62,406 nt of DNA from NCBI GenBank assembly GCA_012523075.1, contig JAAYJF010000112.1, forward strand, positions 1 to 62,406. Direction: 5' to 3'. Positions 11,583-22,511 of this stretch are shown here, piece by piece. The notes under the pieces are model-generated. The model had not been told where the DNA came from. It ran no database searches and saw nothing but the letters and a program-made list of their open reading frames with translations. Origin of the DNA: Clostridiales bacterium (GTDB taxonomy: Bacteria; Bacillota; Clostridia; Ch29). A program made the position numbers and the translations under genes. The number at the start of each line of letters is the position of its first letter. Position 1 is the stretch's first letter.

Positions 11583-11855
11583 ATGGAAAAAGGCGGAATA
11601 GTTCTCGGCCAGGTTGTCAGGTCAAAGGCCGGGAGGGACAAGGATGCATATTTTGTAGTGGTGGGTTTAGAAAAAGAGCAGTACCTGTATATTGCCGACG
11701 GAAACCTGCGAAAGGTTGACAGACCAAAGAAAAAGAAAGCAAAACACCTGGCTAGGACGGGTATCGTACTGACGGAGGTTGCGGAAAAGCTAAAAAGCGG
11801 CAAGAAGGTTACCAACGCTGAACTGAGAAAGAACCTTAGAGACCTTGGGGGTTGA
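11583..11855 (+). CDS. KOW-domain RNA-binding protein (L14e-like)
   Basis: [20 protein letters not shown] motif; GGAGGTG RBS; this is the usual small gene before infA in Clostridia. Confidence 0.75.
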   Translation: MEKGGIVLGQVVRSKAGRDKDAYFVVVGLEKEQYLYIADGNLRKVDRPKKKKAKHLARTGIVLTEVAEKLKSGKKVTNAELRKNLRDLGG

Positions 11856-11887
11856 TAGGGTTCGGTGAATGGAGGTATGATTACCTT

Positions 11888-12109
11888 ATGGCGAAGAAGG
11901 ATGTTATTGAGGTTGAAGGCAAGGTTGCAGAGGCACTGCCAAATGCTATGTTTTATGTGGAGCTTGAAAACGGACACAGGATTTTAGCCCATGTATCCGG
12001 CAAGCTCAGAATGCACTATATAAGAATTTTACCCGGCGACAGAGTGACGGTTGAACTATCTCCCTATGACCTCACACGGGGCAGGATAGTATGGAGGGGC
12101 AAAAGCTAA
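11888..12109 (+). CDS. infA: translation initiation factor IF-1
   Basis: [30 protein letters not shown]...; the track ORF start at 11852 is an upstream extension. Confidence 0.96.
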   Translation: MAKKDVIEVEGKVAEALPNAMFYVELENGHRILAHVSGKLRMHYIRILPGDRVTVELSPYDLTRGRIVWRGKS

Positions 12110-12121
12110 GGAGGTATTGCA

Positions 12122-12235
12122 ATGAAGGTAAAACCATCAATTAAGCCGATATGCGAAAAGTGTAAAATAATCAAAAGAAAAGGCAAGGTAATGATAATCT
12201 GTGAAAATCCCAAACACAAACAAAAACAGGGATAA
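12122..12235 (+). CDS. rpmJ: 50S ribosomal protein L36
   Basis: Not in the ORF track because it is under 60 aa. Hand translation gives [37 protein letters not shown]; GGAGG RBS. Confidence 0.95.
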   Translation: MKVKPSIKPICEKCKIIKRKGKVMIICENPKHKQKQG

Positions 12236-12262
12236 TGTAAATACGGGAGGTGTGGGTTTTAG

Positions 12263-12634
12263 ATGGCAAGGATTGCTGGCATTGACTTACCCAGGGACAA
12301 GAGAATAGAAATAGGGCTTACCTATATATACGGTATCGGCAGGAATAGGGCGCAAAAAATACTTGCGCAGGCGGGCGTTGACTTTGATACAAGAGTCAAG
12401 GACCTAACCGAGGCGGAAATAAGCAGGCTGAGGGAAGTAATAGACAAGCAGTATAAGGTGGAAGGGGACCTAAGAAGAGAGGTCAATATGAATATAAAAC
12501 GCCTTATAGACATAGGGTCCTACAGGGGACTGCGCCACAGGAGGGGCCTGCCCGTCAGGGGACAGGGCACTAAGAACAACGCAAGAACCAGAAAGGGCCC
12601 CAAGCGGACCGTTGGCGTAAGGCGAAAGAAATAG
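12263..12634 (+). CDS. rpsM: 30S ribosomal protein S13
   Basis: [14 protein letters not shown]... Confidence 0.96.
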   Translation: MARIAGIDLPRDKRIEIGLTYIYGIGRNRAQKILAQAGVDFDTRVKDLTEAEISRLREVIDKQYKVEGDLRREVNMNIKRLIDIGSYRGLRHRRGLPVRGQGTKNNARTRKGPKRTVGVRRKK

Positions 12635-12664
12635 GTCGTACCATAAATGAAGGAGGTTAAATGA

Positions 12665-13057
12665 ATGGCAGCAAGGCCAAGAAGGAGAACAAAAAGACGC
12701 GAAAAGAAAAATATAGAGCGAGGCCAGGCTCATATCAAGTCGACTTTTAACAATACAATGGTTACTCTGACCGATCTGCACGGCAACGCATTGTCTTGGG
12801 CAAGCTCCGGGAAACTGGGGTTCAGAGGCTCAAGAAAATCCACTCCCTTTGCTGCGCAAATGGCGGCCGAAGCGGCGGCCAAAGACGCGATGGAGCATGG
12901 TTTGCGAAGTGTAGAAGTATATGTAAAGGGTCCGGGTTCCGGTCGGGAGGCGGCCATAAGGGCACTCCAGGCTGCAGGGCTGGAAGTAAATCTTATAAAG
13001 GACCTTACCCCGGTGCCCCATAACGGATGCAGGCCACCGAAAAGAAGACGTGTTTAA
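12665..13057 (+). CDS. rpsK: 30S ribosomal protein S11
   Basis: Translation and operon position. Confidence 0.96.
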   Translation: MAARPRRRTKRREKKNIERGQAHIKSTFNNTMVTLTDLHGNALSWASSGKLGFRGSRKSTPFAAQMAAEAAAKDAMEHGLRSVEVYVKGPGSGREAAIRALQAAGLEVNLIKDLTPVPHNGCRPPKRRRV

Positions 13058-13084
13058 ACAAATAGCAGGAGGTGTACTATATTA

Positions 13085-13708
13085 ATGGGTAGATATATAG
13101 GCCCGGTATGCAGGCTGTGCCGCAGGGAGGGCATGAAGCTGTATCTGAAGGGCGACAGGTGTTATTCGGACAAATGCGCAATCGACCGAAGGTCCTATGT
13201 GCCCGGCCAGCACGGACAGGGCAGGAAAAAGGTGTCGGGCTATGGGATCCAGCTACGGGAAAAACAAAAAGCAAAGAGATATTACGGAGTTATGGAAAGT
13301 CAGTTCAGGAAGTACTTCAATATGGCTGAAAGAATGAAGGGCGTAACGGGAGAGAACCTGCTTTCAATACTCGAATCCAGGCTGGATAACCTTGTGTATA
13401 GGATAGGCCTTAGTGAATCCAGGAAGGAAGCCAGGCAGCTGGTTAAGCACGGGCATTTTCTGGTTAACGGAAAAAAAGTGGATATACCTTCCTACCTGGT
13501 AAAGGTAGGAGACGTTGTCCAAGTCAAGGAAAAGAGCAGGTCAAGCGAAAAATTCAAAGAGCTTGCAGACAATAATCAGAGGGTTGCCCCCGACTGGCTG
13601 GAAGTGGACTTGGAGAAGATGAGAGCAAAGGTTGTTGGCGCACCGAAAAAAGAGCATATAGATATACCGATCGAAGAACACCTAATAGTAGAGCTTTACT
13701 CCAGGTAA
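13085..13708 (+). CDS. rpsD: 30S ribosomal protein S4
   Basis: [16 protein letters not shown]... Confidence 0.96.
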   Translation: MGRYIGPVCRLCRREGMKLYLKGDRCYSDKCAIDRRSYVPGQHGQGRKKVSGYGIQLREKQKAKRYYGVMESQFRKYFNMAERMKGVTGENLLSILESRLDNLVYRIGLSESRKEARQLVKHGHFLVNGKKVDIPSYLVKVGDVVQVKEKSRSSEKFKELADNNQRVAPDWLEVDLEKMRAKVVGAPKKEHIDIPIEEHLIVELYSR

Positions 13709-13773
13709 TCAATATAATTGAAATCGGTTGCCCTCGGTAAGATTTCATAGAGTTGTTCAAGGAGGGTTAATTA

Positions 13774-14721
13774 ATGATAGAGATTGAAAAGCCCAAAGTT
13801 GAAATAATAGAAACAAGCAGTGACAACACCTACGGTAAATTCGTGGTGGAGCCGCTTGAAAGGGGTTACGGGATAACCCTCGGCAATTCCCTGAGGAGGG
13901 TTCTTCTTTCCTCGCTGCCGGGAGCTGCGGTGACCTCCGTCAAAATAGACGGGGTACTTCATGAGTTTTCTACCATACCCGGCGTTAAGGAAGACGTCAC
14001 CGAGATAGTGCTAAACTTAAAGTCCCTAAACGTTAAACTGGATGGCGACGAGCCGAGGCTGGTTAGGGTAGAAGCGGAGGGTGCCAGGGAAATAAAGGCC
14101 GGTGACATAATCCACGGGCCGGATGTGGAAATCTTAAACCCCGAGATTCATATTGCAACCCTTGAGGACGGTGCGAAGCTATATATGGAAATCACCCTTG
14201 AAAAGGGAAGGGGCTACGTATCTGCAGAGAAGAACAAGGAGCAGGGCCAGCCCATTGGGATTATTCCTGTGGATTCCATTTTTACTCCGGTGGTTAAGGC
14301 CAATTTCAGGGTTGACAACACAAGGGTGGGTCAGGTAACCGACTTTGATAAACTGACGCTTGAGGTGTGGACCGATGGCAGCATTGCTCCCGACGAGGCG
14401 GTATCCCTTGGCGCAAAGATTCTAAACGAACACCTAAACCTTTTTATAACTCTTACCGACCAGATAAGGGATGTTGAAATAATGGTAGAAAAGGAAGAGG
14501 ATAAAAAGGAAAAAGTGCTGGAAATGACCATAGAGGAACTGGACCTTTCGGTAAGGTCATATAACTGTCTGAAGCGGGCGGGAATAAACACGGTGGAGGA
14601 ACTCACCCAAAAGACCGAAGAGGACATGATGAAGGTACGAAACCTTGGCAAGAAATCCCTGGAGGAAGTTCAGTCCAAGCTTTCCGAGTTAAACTTGAGT
14701 TTGAAAAAAAACGACGAGTAA
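13774..14721 (+). CDS. rpoA: DNA-directed RNA polymerase subunit alpha
   Basis: 315 aa; translation and position. Confidence 0.97.
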   Translation: MIEIEKPKVEIIETSSDNTYGKFVVEPLERGYGITLGNSLRRVLLSSLPGAAVTSVKIDGVLHEFSTIPGVKEDVTEIVLNLKSLNVKLDGDEPRLVRVEAEGAREIKAGDIIHGPDVEILNPEIHIATLEDGAKLYMEITLEKGRGYVSAEKNKEQGQPIGIIPVDSIFTPVVKANFRVDNTRVGQVTDFDKLTLEVWTDGSIAPDEAVSLGAKILNEHLNLFITLTDQIRDVEIMVEKEEDKKEKVLEMTIEELDLSVRSYNCLKRAGINTVEELTQKTEEDMMKVRNLGKKSLEEVQSKLSELNLSLKKNDE

Positions 14722-14742
14722 CCACGCAGGGAGGGATATTTT

Positions 14743-15084
14743 ATGGCATCAAACAGAAGATTGGGTCGGGCAACCGACCATAGGATGTTAATGCTTAGGA
14801 ATTTGGTTACAAGCCTGTTGGATAAAGGTAAAATAGTAACCACCGTAACCCGGGCCAAGGAGACAAGGAGTTTGGCCGAGAAAATGATTACGCTGGCAAA
14901 GAGGGGAGACCTCCATTCCAGGCGTATGGCTATGGCCTTTGTGATGGATGAAACGGTGGTAAAAAAACTATTTGACAATATAGGCCCGAAATACGCCGAC
15001 AGAGAGGGAGGATATACCCGTATAGTAAAGATTGGCCCCAGAAGAGGAGATGCAGCGGAGATGGTTATACTGGAGCTGGTCTGA
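14743..15084 (+). CDS. rplQ: 50S ribosomal protein L17
   Basis: Translation and position. Confidence 0.96.
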   Translation: MASNRRLGRATDHRMLMLRNLVTSLLDKGKIVTTVTRAKETRSLAEKMITLAKRGDLHSRRMAMAFVMDETVVKKLFDNIGPKYADREGGYTRIVKIGPRRGDAAEMVILELV

Positions 15085-15110
15085 TAGGGACACAGGGACA
15101 GGCTTACTGT

Positions 15111-15145
15111 TCCGGTTGGCAGTGGTTGGCCCGCTGCCAGTCACC
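15111..15145 (+). terminator. imperfect hairpin between rplQ and ecfA1 (possible partial terminator)
   Basis: CCGGT-TGGCAG ... CTGCCA-(GTC)-ACCGG followed by tattatt. Confidence 0.3.
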
Positions 15146-15190
15146 GGTATTATTAGTGATGTCCTTAATTTAAACTTAAGAGGGGTTAAA

Positions 15191-16027
15191 ATGGAATACC
15201 AAATACTGATGGAAAACCTCAGTTTCCGTTACGGCGAGCAAGAAGAAATGGTTCTGAAGGACATCAACCTTAGGGTGAAGCAGGGAGAATTCGTGGCTGT
15301 AATAGGACATAACGGTTCAGGGAAATCAACTCTGGCAAAGCAAATAAACGCTTTGCTTGTTCCCGTTTCGGGCAAAGTCCAAGTGATGGGCATGGATACC
15401 CGGGACCCCGAAAATTTATGGCAGATAAGACAGAAGGTTGGTATGGTTTTTCAGAACCCGGATAACCAGTTGGTTGCAACCATAGTTGAGGAGGATGTGG
15501 CCTTTGGCCCCGAGAACCAGGGGGTGCCTTCGGGGGAAATCAGGAAAAGGGTGGACGACGCCCTAAGGGAGGTGGGTTTGTATGATTACAGGACCCACGG
15601 CCCGCACCTGCTTTCAGGCGGCCAGAAACAAAGGGTTGCAATAGCCGGGGTATTGGCTATGCAGCCGGATTGTATTGTTCTGGACGAGGCTACCGCCATG
15701 CTTGACCCCAGGGGCAGACAGGAGCTGATGGAGGTCATAGGGCGGCTGAACAAAAAAGAGGGCAAGACCATTTTACACATAACCCATTACATGGAGGAGG
15801 CAACCGCGGCGGACAGAGTGCTGGTAATGGACCGGGGAAGGATAGTTATGGAAGGTACCCCCTCCGAAGTGTTTTCAAAGGCGGCTCGGCTTAAAGAACT
15901 GGGGCTGGACGTGCCCGGGCCCGCCCAGCTTGCCCGCAGGCTAAGGAAAAGCGGGGTACCGCTGCCGGATATTCTAAACGAGGATGAGATGGTGGTAGAG
16001 CTATGTCGATTGAAGTCACTAACCTAA
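15191..16027 (+). CDS. ecfA1: ECF transporter ATPase component
   Basis: GHNGSGKST Walker A and LSGGQKQR signature. ATG 15191 follows an AGAGGGG RBS; the track ORF (15032) is an extension overlapping rplQ. Confidence 0.92.
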   Translation: MEYQILMENLSFRYGEQEEMVLKDINLRVKQGEFVAVIGHNGSGKSTLAKQINALLVPVSGKVQVMGMDTRDPENLWQIRQKVGMVFQNPDNQLVATIVEEDVAFGPENQGVPSGEIRKRVDDALREVGLYDYRTHGPHLLSGGQKQRVAIAGVLAMQPDCIVLDEATAMLDPRGRQELMEVIGRLNKKEGKTILHITHYMEEATAADRVLVMDRGRIVMEGTPSEVFSKAARLKELGLDVPGPAQLARRLRKSGVPLPDILNEDEMVVELCRLKSLT

Positions 16028-16866
16028 GATATACCTATATGCCCGGTACTCCCTATGAAAAGGTGGCCCTTGAGGGAATAGACCTTAAGGTGGATGAGGG
16101 GAGTTTCATCGGCATAATAGGCCATACCGGCTCGGGAAAGTCCACGCTGATACAGCACTTCAACGGGTTATTAAAGCCCCAGAGGGGCACAATAGTGGTG
16201 GACGGCAGGGATATCTGGGAGAAGGGGTACAAAAGAAGCATAGTGAGACAGAAGGTGGGGCTTGTTTTTCAGTATCCCGAGCACCAGATTTTCGAAGAAA
16301 CGGTGTTTAAGGATGTGGCATTTGGTCCCCGCAACATGGGCCTTAGTGAAAATCAAGTTCTAAAGAGATCCCGGTTGGCTATGAAGATGGTGGGTCTAGA
16401 CTTCGACACTTTGAAGGATACAAGCCCCTTCGGACTATCTGGCGGCCAGCGGCGGAGGATAGCCATCGCCGGTGTGCTTGCCATGGGGCCTAAATACCTT
16501 ATTCTGGATGAGCCCACAGCGGGCCTTGATCCAAGGGGTAGAAGGGATATACTAAATTCTATCCGCGATATGAACAAAAAACAGGGGATTACCATAGTAC
16601 TGGTATCCCATAATATGGACGAAGTTGCATGGCTGGCTGACAGGATAGTGGTCATGGACCGGGGCAGAATCAGCAGAAACGGAACCCCACAGCAAGTGTT
16701 TGACGACGGCAGGTACCTTATGGATTTAGGGCTTGCTCTACCCGCCATGTCTTCGCTGATGTTTAAGCTAAGGGAGCGGGGATGGGATGTAAAGGGAAAC
16801 GTTTTTACCGTGGAGGACGCCGAAAAGGAAATTCTAAAAAACCTAAGGTGTGGGAACAATGCTTAA
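16003..16866 (+). CDS. ecfA2: ECF transporter ATPase component
   Basis: GHTGSGKST and LSGGQRRR motifs. Confidence 0.92.
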   Translation: MSIEVTNLRYTYMPGTPYEKVALEGIDLKVDEGSFIGIIGHTGSGKSTLIQHFNGLLKPQRGTIVVDGRDIWEKGYKRSIVRQKVGLVFQYPEHQIFEETVFKDVAFGPRNMGLSENQVLKRSRLAMKMVGLDFDTLKDTSPFGLSGGQRRRIAIAGVLAMGPKYLILDEPTAGLDPRGRRDILNSIRDMNKKQGITIVLVSHNMDEVAWLADRIVVMDRGRISRNGTPQQVFDDGRYLMDLGLALPAMSSLMFKLRERGWDVKGNVFTVEDAEKEILKNLRCGNNA

Positions 16867-17656
16867 GGATATAACAATTGGCCAGTACTTTCCCGGAGAT
16901 TCTATGGTCCACAGGCTGGACCCAAGGATTAAAATAGTTCTTACCTTTGTACTTATAATTAGTCTTTTTATTGCTTCCAACTTTAAGGGATATGGAATTT
17001 GTGCCCTTTTTGTTCTGGTCCAGCTGGTACTGTCACGGGTGCCCGTTAAGCACGTATTTAAGGGGCTACGCCCCCTGCTTATAATACTGCTCCTCACCAT
17101 ATTCATAAATATGCTGATGGTGGAAGGAAAAGTGATATACAGCCTGGGTCCCTTTGGTATTACCCGGGAGGGACTTATGCAGGCGGGACGCATGGCAACC
17201 CGGCTGATACTTCTGGTTATGGGTGCATCTCTGCTTACCCTTACAACATCGCCAATAGCCCTCACCGACGGGATAGAAAAGCTTTTAAACCCGTTCAGAA
17301 GGCTGGGGCTGCCCGCCCATGAGCTGGCAATGATGATGACCATAGCCCTGAGGTTTATTCCAACCCTACTGGACGAAACGGATAGAATAATGAAGGCCCA
17401 GATGGCAAGGGGCGCGGACTTTGAAAGCGGAAACCTGTTAAGAAGGGCAAAAAACCTTGTACCTCTTCTGGTACCGCTGTTTATAAGCGCCTTCAGGAGG
17501 GCCGATGAGCTGGCGCTGGCGATGGAATCACGATGCTACAGGGGCGGCGAGGGTAGGACCAGGCTTAAAGTGCTGCGTATGGCCGGGATGGATTACTTTG
17601 CGCTGACCCTTGGAGGATTGGTGCTTGTTACAACCATAGTGAGCAGAGGTTGGTAG
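16859..17656 (+). CDS. ecfT: ECF transporter transmembrane component
   Basis: Multi-pass membrane protein after ecfA1A2. Start is ATG 16859 or GTG 16850. Confidence 0.9.
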   Translation: MLKDITIGQYFPGDSMVHRLDPRIKIVLTFVLIISLFIASNFKGYGICALFVLVQLVLSRVPVKHVFKGLRPLLIILLLTIFINMLMVEGKVIYSLGPFGITREGLMQAGRMATRLILLVMGASLLTLTTSPIALTDGIEKLLNPFRRLGLPAHELAMMMTIALRFIPTLLDETDRIMKAQMARGADFESGNLLRRAKNLVPLLVPLFISAFRRADELALAMESRCYRGGEGRTRLKVLRMAGMDYFALTLGGLVLVTTIVSRGW

Positions 17657-17667
17657 AGGTGGTCTTA

Positions 17668-18432
17668 ATGAGGAATATTCTTATGACCATAGAATACGAC
17701 GGCACAAATTATCACGGGTGGCAGAGGCAGAAAAACGCTCTGTCCATCCAGCAGCTTATAGAGGAAAGCATTGAGAAGGTTACCGGTATCAGGGCAAGGC
17801 TTATAGGTTCAGGCAGGACGGATACCGGAGTCCATGCCCTGGGACAGAGGGCCAATTTCAAGACGGAAACAAACATACCGGTGGGCAGGATACCCCTGGC
17901 GCTAAACAGTAGTCTTCCGCCGGATATAAGGATTATTAACGCAGTCGAGGTACACCCGGACTTTCATGCAAGATATGACGTTGTCGGGAAAAAATACAGG
18001 TACAGAATATTTAACAGAAGCATCCCTTCGGCGGTTTTCAGAAATTACAGTTGTTTTATCCCGGTAAAACTGGACATTGAAAGTATGGAAGAGGCAGCCG
18101 GATATATAATAGGCAGGAGGGACTTTTCTTCTTTCTGCAGTAGCGGCAGCATGGTAAGGTCAAGGACAAGAAATGTGCAGATGCTGGAATTTGAAACTAA
18201 AGGCTGTATTATTGATATGTCAATAATGGCGGACGGGTTTTTGTACAACATGGTCAGGATAATTGCCGGCACCCTTGTGGAGGTTGGAAAGGGCAATCTG
18301 TCTCCGGAGGAAATAAAGACCATTTTGGATAAAAGGGACAGAAGGTGTGCCGGGCCAACGATGCCTCCCCAGGGCCTATTTCTGGAGGAGGTATACTACC
18401 GGGGAATTCTTGACACACCCGGTACCATGTAA
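17668..18432 (+). CDS. truA: tRNA pseudouridine(38-40) synthase
   Basis: MRNILMTIEYDGTNYHGWQRQ...GRTDTGVHA. Confidence 0.94.
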   Translation: MRNILMTIEYDGTNYHGWQRQKNALSIQQLIEESIEKVTGIRARLIGSGRTDTGVHALGQRANFKTETNIPVGRIPLALNSSLPPDIRIINAVEVHPDFHARYDVVGKKYRYRIFNRSIPSAVFRNYSCFIPVKLDIESMEEAAGYIIGRRDFSSFCSSGSMVRSRTRNVQMLEFETKGCIIDMSIMADGFLYNMVRIIAGTLVEVGKGNLSPEEIKTILDKRDRRCAGPTMPPQGLFLEEVYYRGILDTPGTM

Positions 18433-18524
18433 TATACTATTTATGTTTATGGATATTAGGCCCACCAGCCCCGGGCCATATGTCATACAAAGCTTGGCAA
18501 AGTTAACTGAGGAGGGATATTAGG

Positions 18525-18959
18525 ATGAAAACATATATGCCTAAACCGGACAGTATAGAGAGAAAGTGGTATGTTGTGGACGCCAAGGGCAAAACCCTAG
18601 GCCGGCTTGCCAGCCAGGTTGCCAGTATTTTAAAGGGAAAACACAAACCAATATATTCTCCTCATATGGATACAGGCGATTTTGTTATAGTGGTGAACGC
18701 TTCCGAGGTGCACCTGACCGGCAAGAAGAAGGAGCAAAAAGTATATCGCCGTCATTCGGGTTATCCCGGCGGCCTTAAGGAAGTATCCTATGAGAGAATG
18801 ATTAAGGAAAAACCCCACAAGGTTGTCTATGACGCTGTTTGGGGCATGATACCCCACAACAGGCTGGGCAGAAAAATGATTAAAAAGCTTAAGGTGTACG
18901 GGGGCCCCGAGCATAAGCATCAGGCCCAAAAGCCCGAAAAGCTGGAGTTTGATTATTAA
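18525..18959 (+). CDS. rplM: 50S ribosomal protein L13
   Basis: Translation. Confidence 0.96.
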   Translation: MKTYMPKPDSIERKWYVVDAKGKTLGRLASQVASILKGKHKPIYSPHMDTGDFVIVVNASEVHLTGKKKEQKVYRRHSGYPGGLKEVSYERMIKEKPHKVVYDAVWGMIPHNRLGRKMIKKLKVYGGPEHKHQAQKPEKLEFDY

Positions 18960-18983
18960 TCGGTGAGGAAGGGAGGAAGGACA

Positions 18984-19376
18984 GTGGAAAAGGTTCAGTA
19001 TTACGGAACGGGCAGAAGGAAAAAATCCATAGCCCGGGTCAGGCTTATACCCGGCGAAGGCAGGATAAATATAAACGGCAGGGATATTGATGAATATTTT
19101 GGTCTTGAGACCCTGAAGGTTATAGCCCGGCAGCCGTTGGAGCTTACCGGAACGACCGGAAAATTTGACGTGGTGGCCCTGGTACACGGTGGCGGGTTCA
19201 CCGGCCAGGCGGGGGCCTTAAGGCACGGCATATCAAGGGCCCTTGAGCAGGCGGACCCCGAGTACCGGCCGGTGCTTAAGAGAGCGGGCTTTATGACAAG
19301 GGACCCAAGGATGAAGGAAAGGAAGAAGTACGGCTTAAAGAAGGCCAGAAAGGCTTCTCAGTTTTCCAAGCGATAA
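18984..19376 (+). CDS. rpsI: 30S ribosomal protein S9
   Basis: GTG 18984 follows a GGGAGGAAGG RBS; [13 protein letters not shown]... Confidence 0.95.
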   Translation: MEKVQYYGTGRRKKSIARVRLIPGEGRININGRDIDEYFGLETLKVIARQPLELTGTTGKFDVVALVHGGGFTGQAGALRHGISRALEQADPEYRPVLKRAGFMTRDPRMKERKKYGLKKARKASQFSKR

Positions 19377-19549
19377 AATGTTGTTTCTTTACACTCGAGT
19401 TTGTTCAAACTTACAAAGTTTGCTTATCGCAATCGCCAACCGTCAGGGGGGAGAATTCCCTTTGGCGGTTTATTTTATAGTATCTGGAATTGGAACAACC
19501 GGATACCTGAAGGTGTCTAAAGCAGTATAAATAAAACGGAGGGATTATA

Positions 19550-19870
19550 ATGGTTGTAACCACAACACCCGGTATAGAAGGCAAAAAAATATACCAGTAC
19601 AAGGGAATAGTCTTTGGCGAAGTAGTCTCTGGAGTGGATTTTATTAAGGACTTTGCAGCAGGCCTCACCAACTTTTTTGGTGGACGCTCCGGCTCCTATG
19701 AAGGGGAACTAATTGAAGCAAGGGAAGCGGCATTAAGGGAAATGGAAAAAAGGGCAGCAGCCCTTGGGGCCAATGCGGTGGTCGGGGTGGACATTGATTA
19801 TGAGGTGCTTGGCCAAAACGGCAATATGCTTATGGTGACCGCCTCCGGCACGGCGGTGGTTGTTGAGTAA
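19550..19870 (+). CDS. YbjQ/UPF0145 family protein
   Basis: 106 aa; the TTPGIEGK...GGRSG...[11 protein letters not shown] pattern is typical of YbjQ. Confidence 0.8.
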   Translation: MVVTTTPGIEGKKIYQYKGIVFGEVVSGVDFIKDFAAGLTNFFGGRSGSYEGELIEAREAALREMEKRAAALGANAVVGVDIDYEVLGQNGNMLMVTASGTAVVVE

Positions 19871-19898
19871 GTATTATTGCAGCGAAAAGAAGAATTAT

Positions 19899-19924
19899 TG
19901 CCGACAAAAAACGGCACTTTTTTT
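19899..19924 (+). terminator. rho-independent terminator after the ybjQ-like gene
   Basis: Short stem TGCCG/CGGCA followed by a T7 run. Confidence 0.5.
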
Positions 19925-19925
19925 C

Positions 19926-19954
19926 TGGACATTGCCGGCGGCCGGTGATATAAT
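19926..19954 (+). promoter_or_regulatory. candidate sigma-A promoter of the uracil permease leader
   Basis: TGGACA-N17-TATAAT. Confidence 0.5.
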
Positions 19955-19969
19955 TTAGGAAAATGAATA

Positions 19970-20083
19970 CAAGCCTTCCTTTAAGGTGGTCCGGAGAGGC
20001 CGGCAAGGAAAAGAGTTGAGAGTGCTTCTAAAACTGGCACTTTTGTGTAAAGACGCTTCCTGTCGGTGACGGGAAGCTTTTTT
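19970..20083 (+). promoter_or_regulatory. PyrR-binding transcription attenuator
   Basis: GGUCCGGAGAGGCC (19988-20001) matches the PyrR loop consensus (RUCCRGAGAGG) and sits inside a CUUCCUU/AAGGAAA stem. A downstream terminator GCUUCCUGUC...GACGGGAAGC plus T6 lies at 20055-20083. Confidence 0.8.
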
Positions 20084-20109
20084 AGTACAAAATTTAAGGA
20101 GTGTGGATT

Positions 20110-21387
20110 ATGACTGGTAACGGCAAAAACAAAAAGGCGGACAACGGTATCATATCTGAAGGGGTTGCTCTTAGCACCGGTAAGAAAATGGTTTTGGGTT
20201 TGCAGCACACCTTCACAATGTTTGGAGCTACTGTTCTTGTTCCCATTATTACCGGGATGGATATATCAGTAGCTCTTTTTATGGCTGGCATAGGCACTTT
20301 ACTCTTTCATCTTGTTACAAAGAAGAAAGCTCCGATATTCTTGGGGTCTTCCTTTGCATTTATACCACCTATACTGGCAGCCGCCGCGGCGGTGGCAGCC
20401 AGAAACGGGGTTGCCTACCAGGCGGGGGACGCGTACGCCGAGGGGCTTGCCTACGCCCAGGGGGGAATAGTAATAGCCGGTCTGGTGTATGTGGTAATGT
20501 CGGGGCTTGTCTATGTGTTCGGATACGAAAAAATTGCAAGCTTCTTTCCGCCCATCGTTACCGGTCCGATTATTATGACCATAGGGCTGTTGCTGGCACC
20601 TACAGCCATAGACATGGCCAGCGGCAACTGGTTTCTAGCCTTTGTTGCATTAATTACGGTGGCACTGGTAAGCATCTTCGGAAAGGGTTTTGTTAAGGTG
20701 CTCCCGGTATTGATAGGCCTTTTTGTTGGATACATTGTAGCTATGGTAACCGGACATGTGGACTATACACCCTTTGCGGAGGCGGGTTGGTTCGGTATAC
20801 CGCCCTTCCAGGTAGCCAGGTTTGATATGGAAATGATAATGATTGTGGCTCCCGTTGCTATAGTAACCATTGTTGAACATATAGGAGACATTCTGGCCGT
20901 TGGCGCCACGGTGGAAAAGGACCTGGTGAAGGACCCGGGCCTTACAAGGACTCTTATAGGCGACGGCCTGGCAACCTGTATATCCGCAATGTTCGGTGGC
21001 CCGGCCAACACCACCTATTCTGAGAACACCGGCGTGCTTGCCCTTACCAAGGTATACAATCCGGTAGTTATGAGAACAGCAGCGTGTTTTGCAATAATAC
21101 TTGCAGTAATACCCAAACTGGGGGCTTTTGTTAGTACAATACCAACCGCCGTTGTGGGCGGAATATCCATAATATTGTTCGGTATGATAGCAGCAGTAGG
21201 TGTAAGGACGGTGGTGGAAAACCAGGTGGACTTCAAAAAGTCACGGAATCTTATCATAGCTGCGGTAATACTGGTTCTCGGCCTTGGAGGGGCAACCCTT
21301 TCATTTAAATGGATTACCGTGTCGGGAATGGCCCTTGGCGCAATCGCGGGTATAATTCTAAACAAAATCCTCCCCGACATCGAATAG
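20110..21387 (+). CDS. pyrP: uracil permease (NCS2 family)
   Basis: Polytopic NCS2-type protein preceded by a PyrR attenuator. ATG 20110 lies 8 nt after AAGGAG. Confidence 0.85.
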   Translation: MTGNGKNKKADNGIISEGVALSTGKKMVLGLQHTFTMFGATVLVPIITGMDISVALFMAGIGTLLFHLVTKKKAPIFLGSSFAFIPPILAAAAAVAARNGVAYQAGDAYAEGLAYAQGGIVIAGLVYVVMSGLVYVFGYEKIASFFPPIVTGPIIMTIGLLLAPTAIDMASGNWFLAFVALITVALVSIFGKGFVKVLPVLIGLFVGYIVAMVTGHVDYTPFAEAGWFGIPPFQVARFDMEMIMIVAPVAIVTIVEHIGDILAVGATVEKDLVKDPGLTRTLIGDGLATCISAMFGGPANTTYSENTGVLALTKVYNPVVMRTAACFAIILAVIPKLGAFVSTIPTAVVGGISIILFGMIAAVGVRTVVENQVDFKKSRNLIIAAVILVLGLGGATLSFKWITVSGMALGAIAGIILNKILPDIE

Positions 21388-21411
21388 GGAGGAACAAAAA
21401 GGGACAAGAAA

Positions 21412-21440
21412 GGGACAAGGGACGGTTCTTTGTCCCTTTT
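21412..21440 (+). terminator. rho-independent terminator (GGGACAA...TTGTCCC plus T run)
   Basis: Hairpin read directly. The same 29-mer recurs at 42924-42952. Confidence 0.75.
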
Positions 21441-21522
21441 CTATTTTCACAGTTTTCTGTGATTATATTTTTTTTTGTACATATATTTTTTATATACCCG
21501 ATAAAGTAGGGGGAATATAAAT

Positions 21523-22227
21523 ATGCACGTAATTGTAATCAGGAGGAGAAACCTCTTTATTGTAACCGCCCTTTTGACCATGGTACTATTTACATTTTTC
21601 TTTTTTAATGATATCTTGAATTCCAGCAGGGCTGTCTTTTTCCCAATGACAAACAGAGCAGTGTTCATAGACGCCGGTCATGGGGGCAGGGACCCCGGCG
21701 CCGTTGGAAGACAGGGCGCAAACGAGGACAGGATAAACCTCGAAATAGCTTTAAGGCTCAAAAGGTTGGTGGAGGAGGGGGGAGGGATTGCCATTCTGAC
21801 CAGGGATGGCGATTACGGTCTGTACTCTCCCGATGCGCCCAACAAAAAACGGGACGACTTGCAAAAACGGAAAGCCATAGCAGACCAAAGCGACAGCTGC
21901 GTCAATGTAATAATCCATCTAAATAGCTTTTCCCAATCCCGGTATTATGGGGCACAGGTCTTCTATCACAGAGGTTCGGAGGAAGGCAGACGACTTGCGG
22001 TGATAATGCAGGAGGAGCTGCGAAGGGTCCTCGACAGGGACAACTACCGTCAGCCCAAGGCGGATGACGATATCTATCTTCTTAAGGATAACAAAGTGCC
22101 TACGGTGTTGGTGGAATGCGGCTTTTTGTCCAACCCGGAGGAAGAGCGGCTTTTAAACGATGAGAGATATCAGGAAAAGGTTGCCTTTGCAATATATTCG
22201 GGCATTCTCAGATATTTGACCGAATGA
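21523..22227 (+). CDS. cwlD: N-acetylmuramoyl-L-alanine amidase, CwlD type
   Basis: N-terminal TM segment and the Amidase_3 motif DAGHGGRDPGA. Its position shortly downstream of rplM-rpsI matches Bacillus. Confidence 0.75.
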   Translation: MHVIVIRRRNLFIVTALLTMVLFTFFFFNDILNSSRAVFFPMTNRAVFIDAGHGGRDPGAVGRQGANEDRINLEIALRLKRLVEEGGGIAILTRDGDYGLYSPDAPNKKRDDLQKRKAIADQSDSCVNVIIHLNSFSQSRYYGAQVFYHRGSEEGRRLAVIMQEELRRVLDRDNYRQPKADDDIYLLKDNKVPTVLVECGFLSNPEEERLLNDERYQEKVAFAIYSGILRYLTE

Positions 22228-22239
22228 ATCGCCCTTATC

Positions 22240-22478
22240 GTATGTTATGTATATACAACGTACTAATAGTATTACATTCCATTATCTGTTATTCCGAATA
22301 AGCGGAGTCCGAAGGGCCCGATTCTGACGCTTTAAAGGGCGAAGCCCGAAGAACCTTTCGGAGGCAGGCATAAGGTCCTTCGCTTCGCTCAGGATGACAG
22401 CTACTACGCAAGGTCCTTCGCTTTGCTCAGGATGACACACTAGGAAATGTAGAATTAAATGTGTTTTATGTAACTATG
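22240..22478 (+). repeat. composite palindromic MITE-like repeat, copy A (most diverged)
   Basis: Shares ...acaacgtactaatagtattacattcc...ccttcgcttcgctcaggatgaca... with copies at 28641 and 51075. Confidence 0.8.
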
Positions 22479-22511
22479 GGTAAATGGATGAAAAATGGAG
22501 GGAAAGAAATC

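Noticed and set aside
15032-15190. N-terminal 53-codon extension of ecfA1 in the ORF track, overlapping rplQ.
   Set aside because: The conserved ABC ATPase sequence begins at [10 protein letters not shown] (ATG 15191), which has its own RBS. The extension crosses the rplQ stop and a hairpin.
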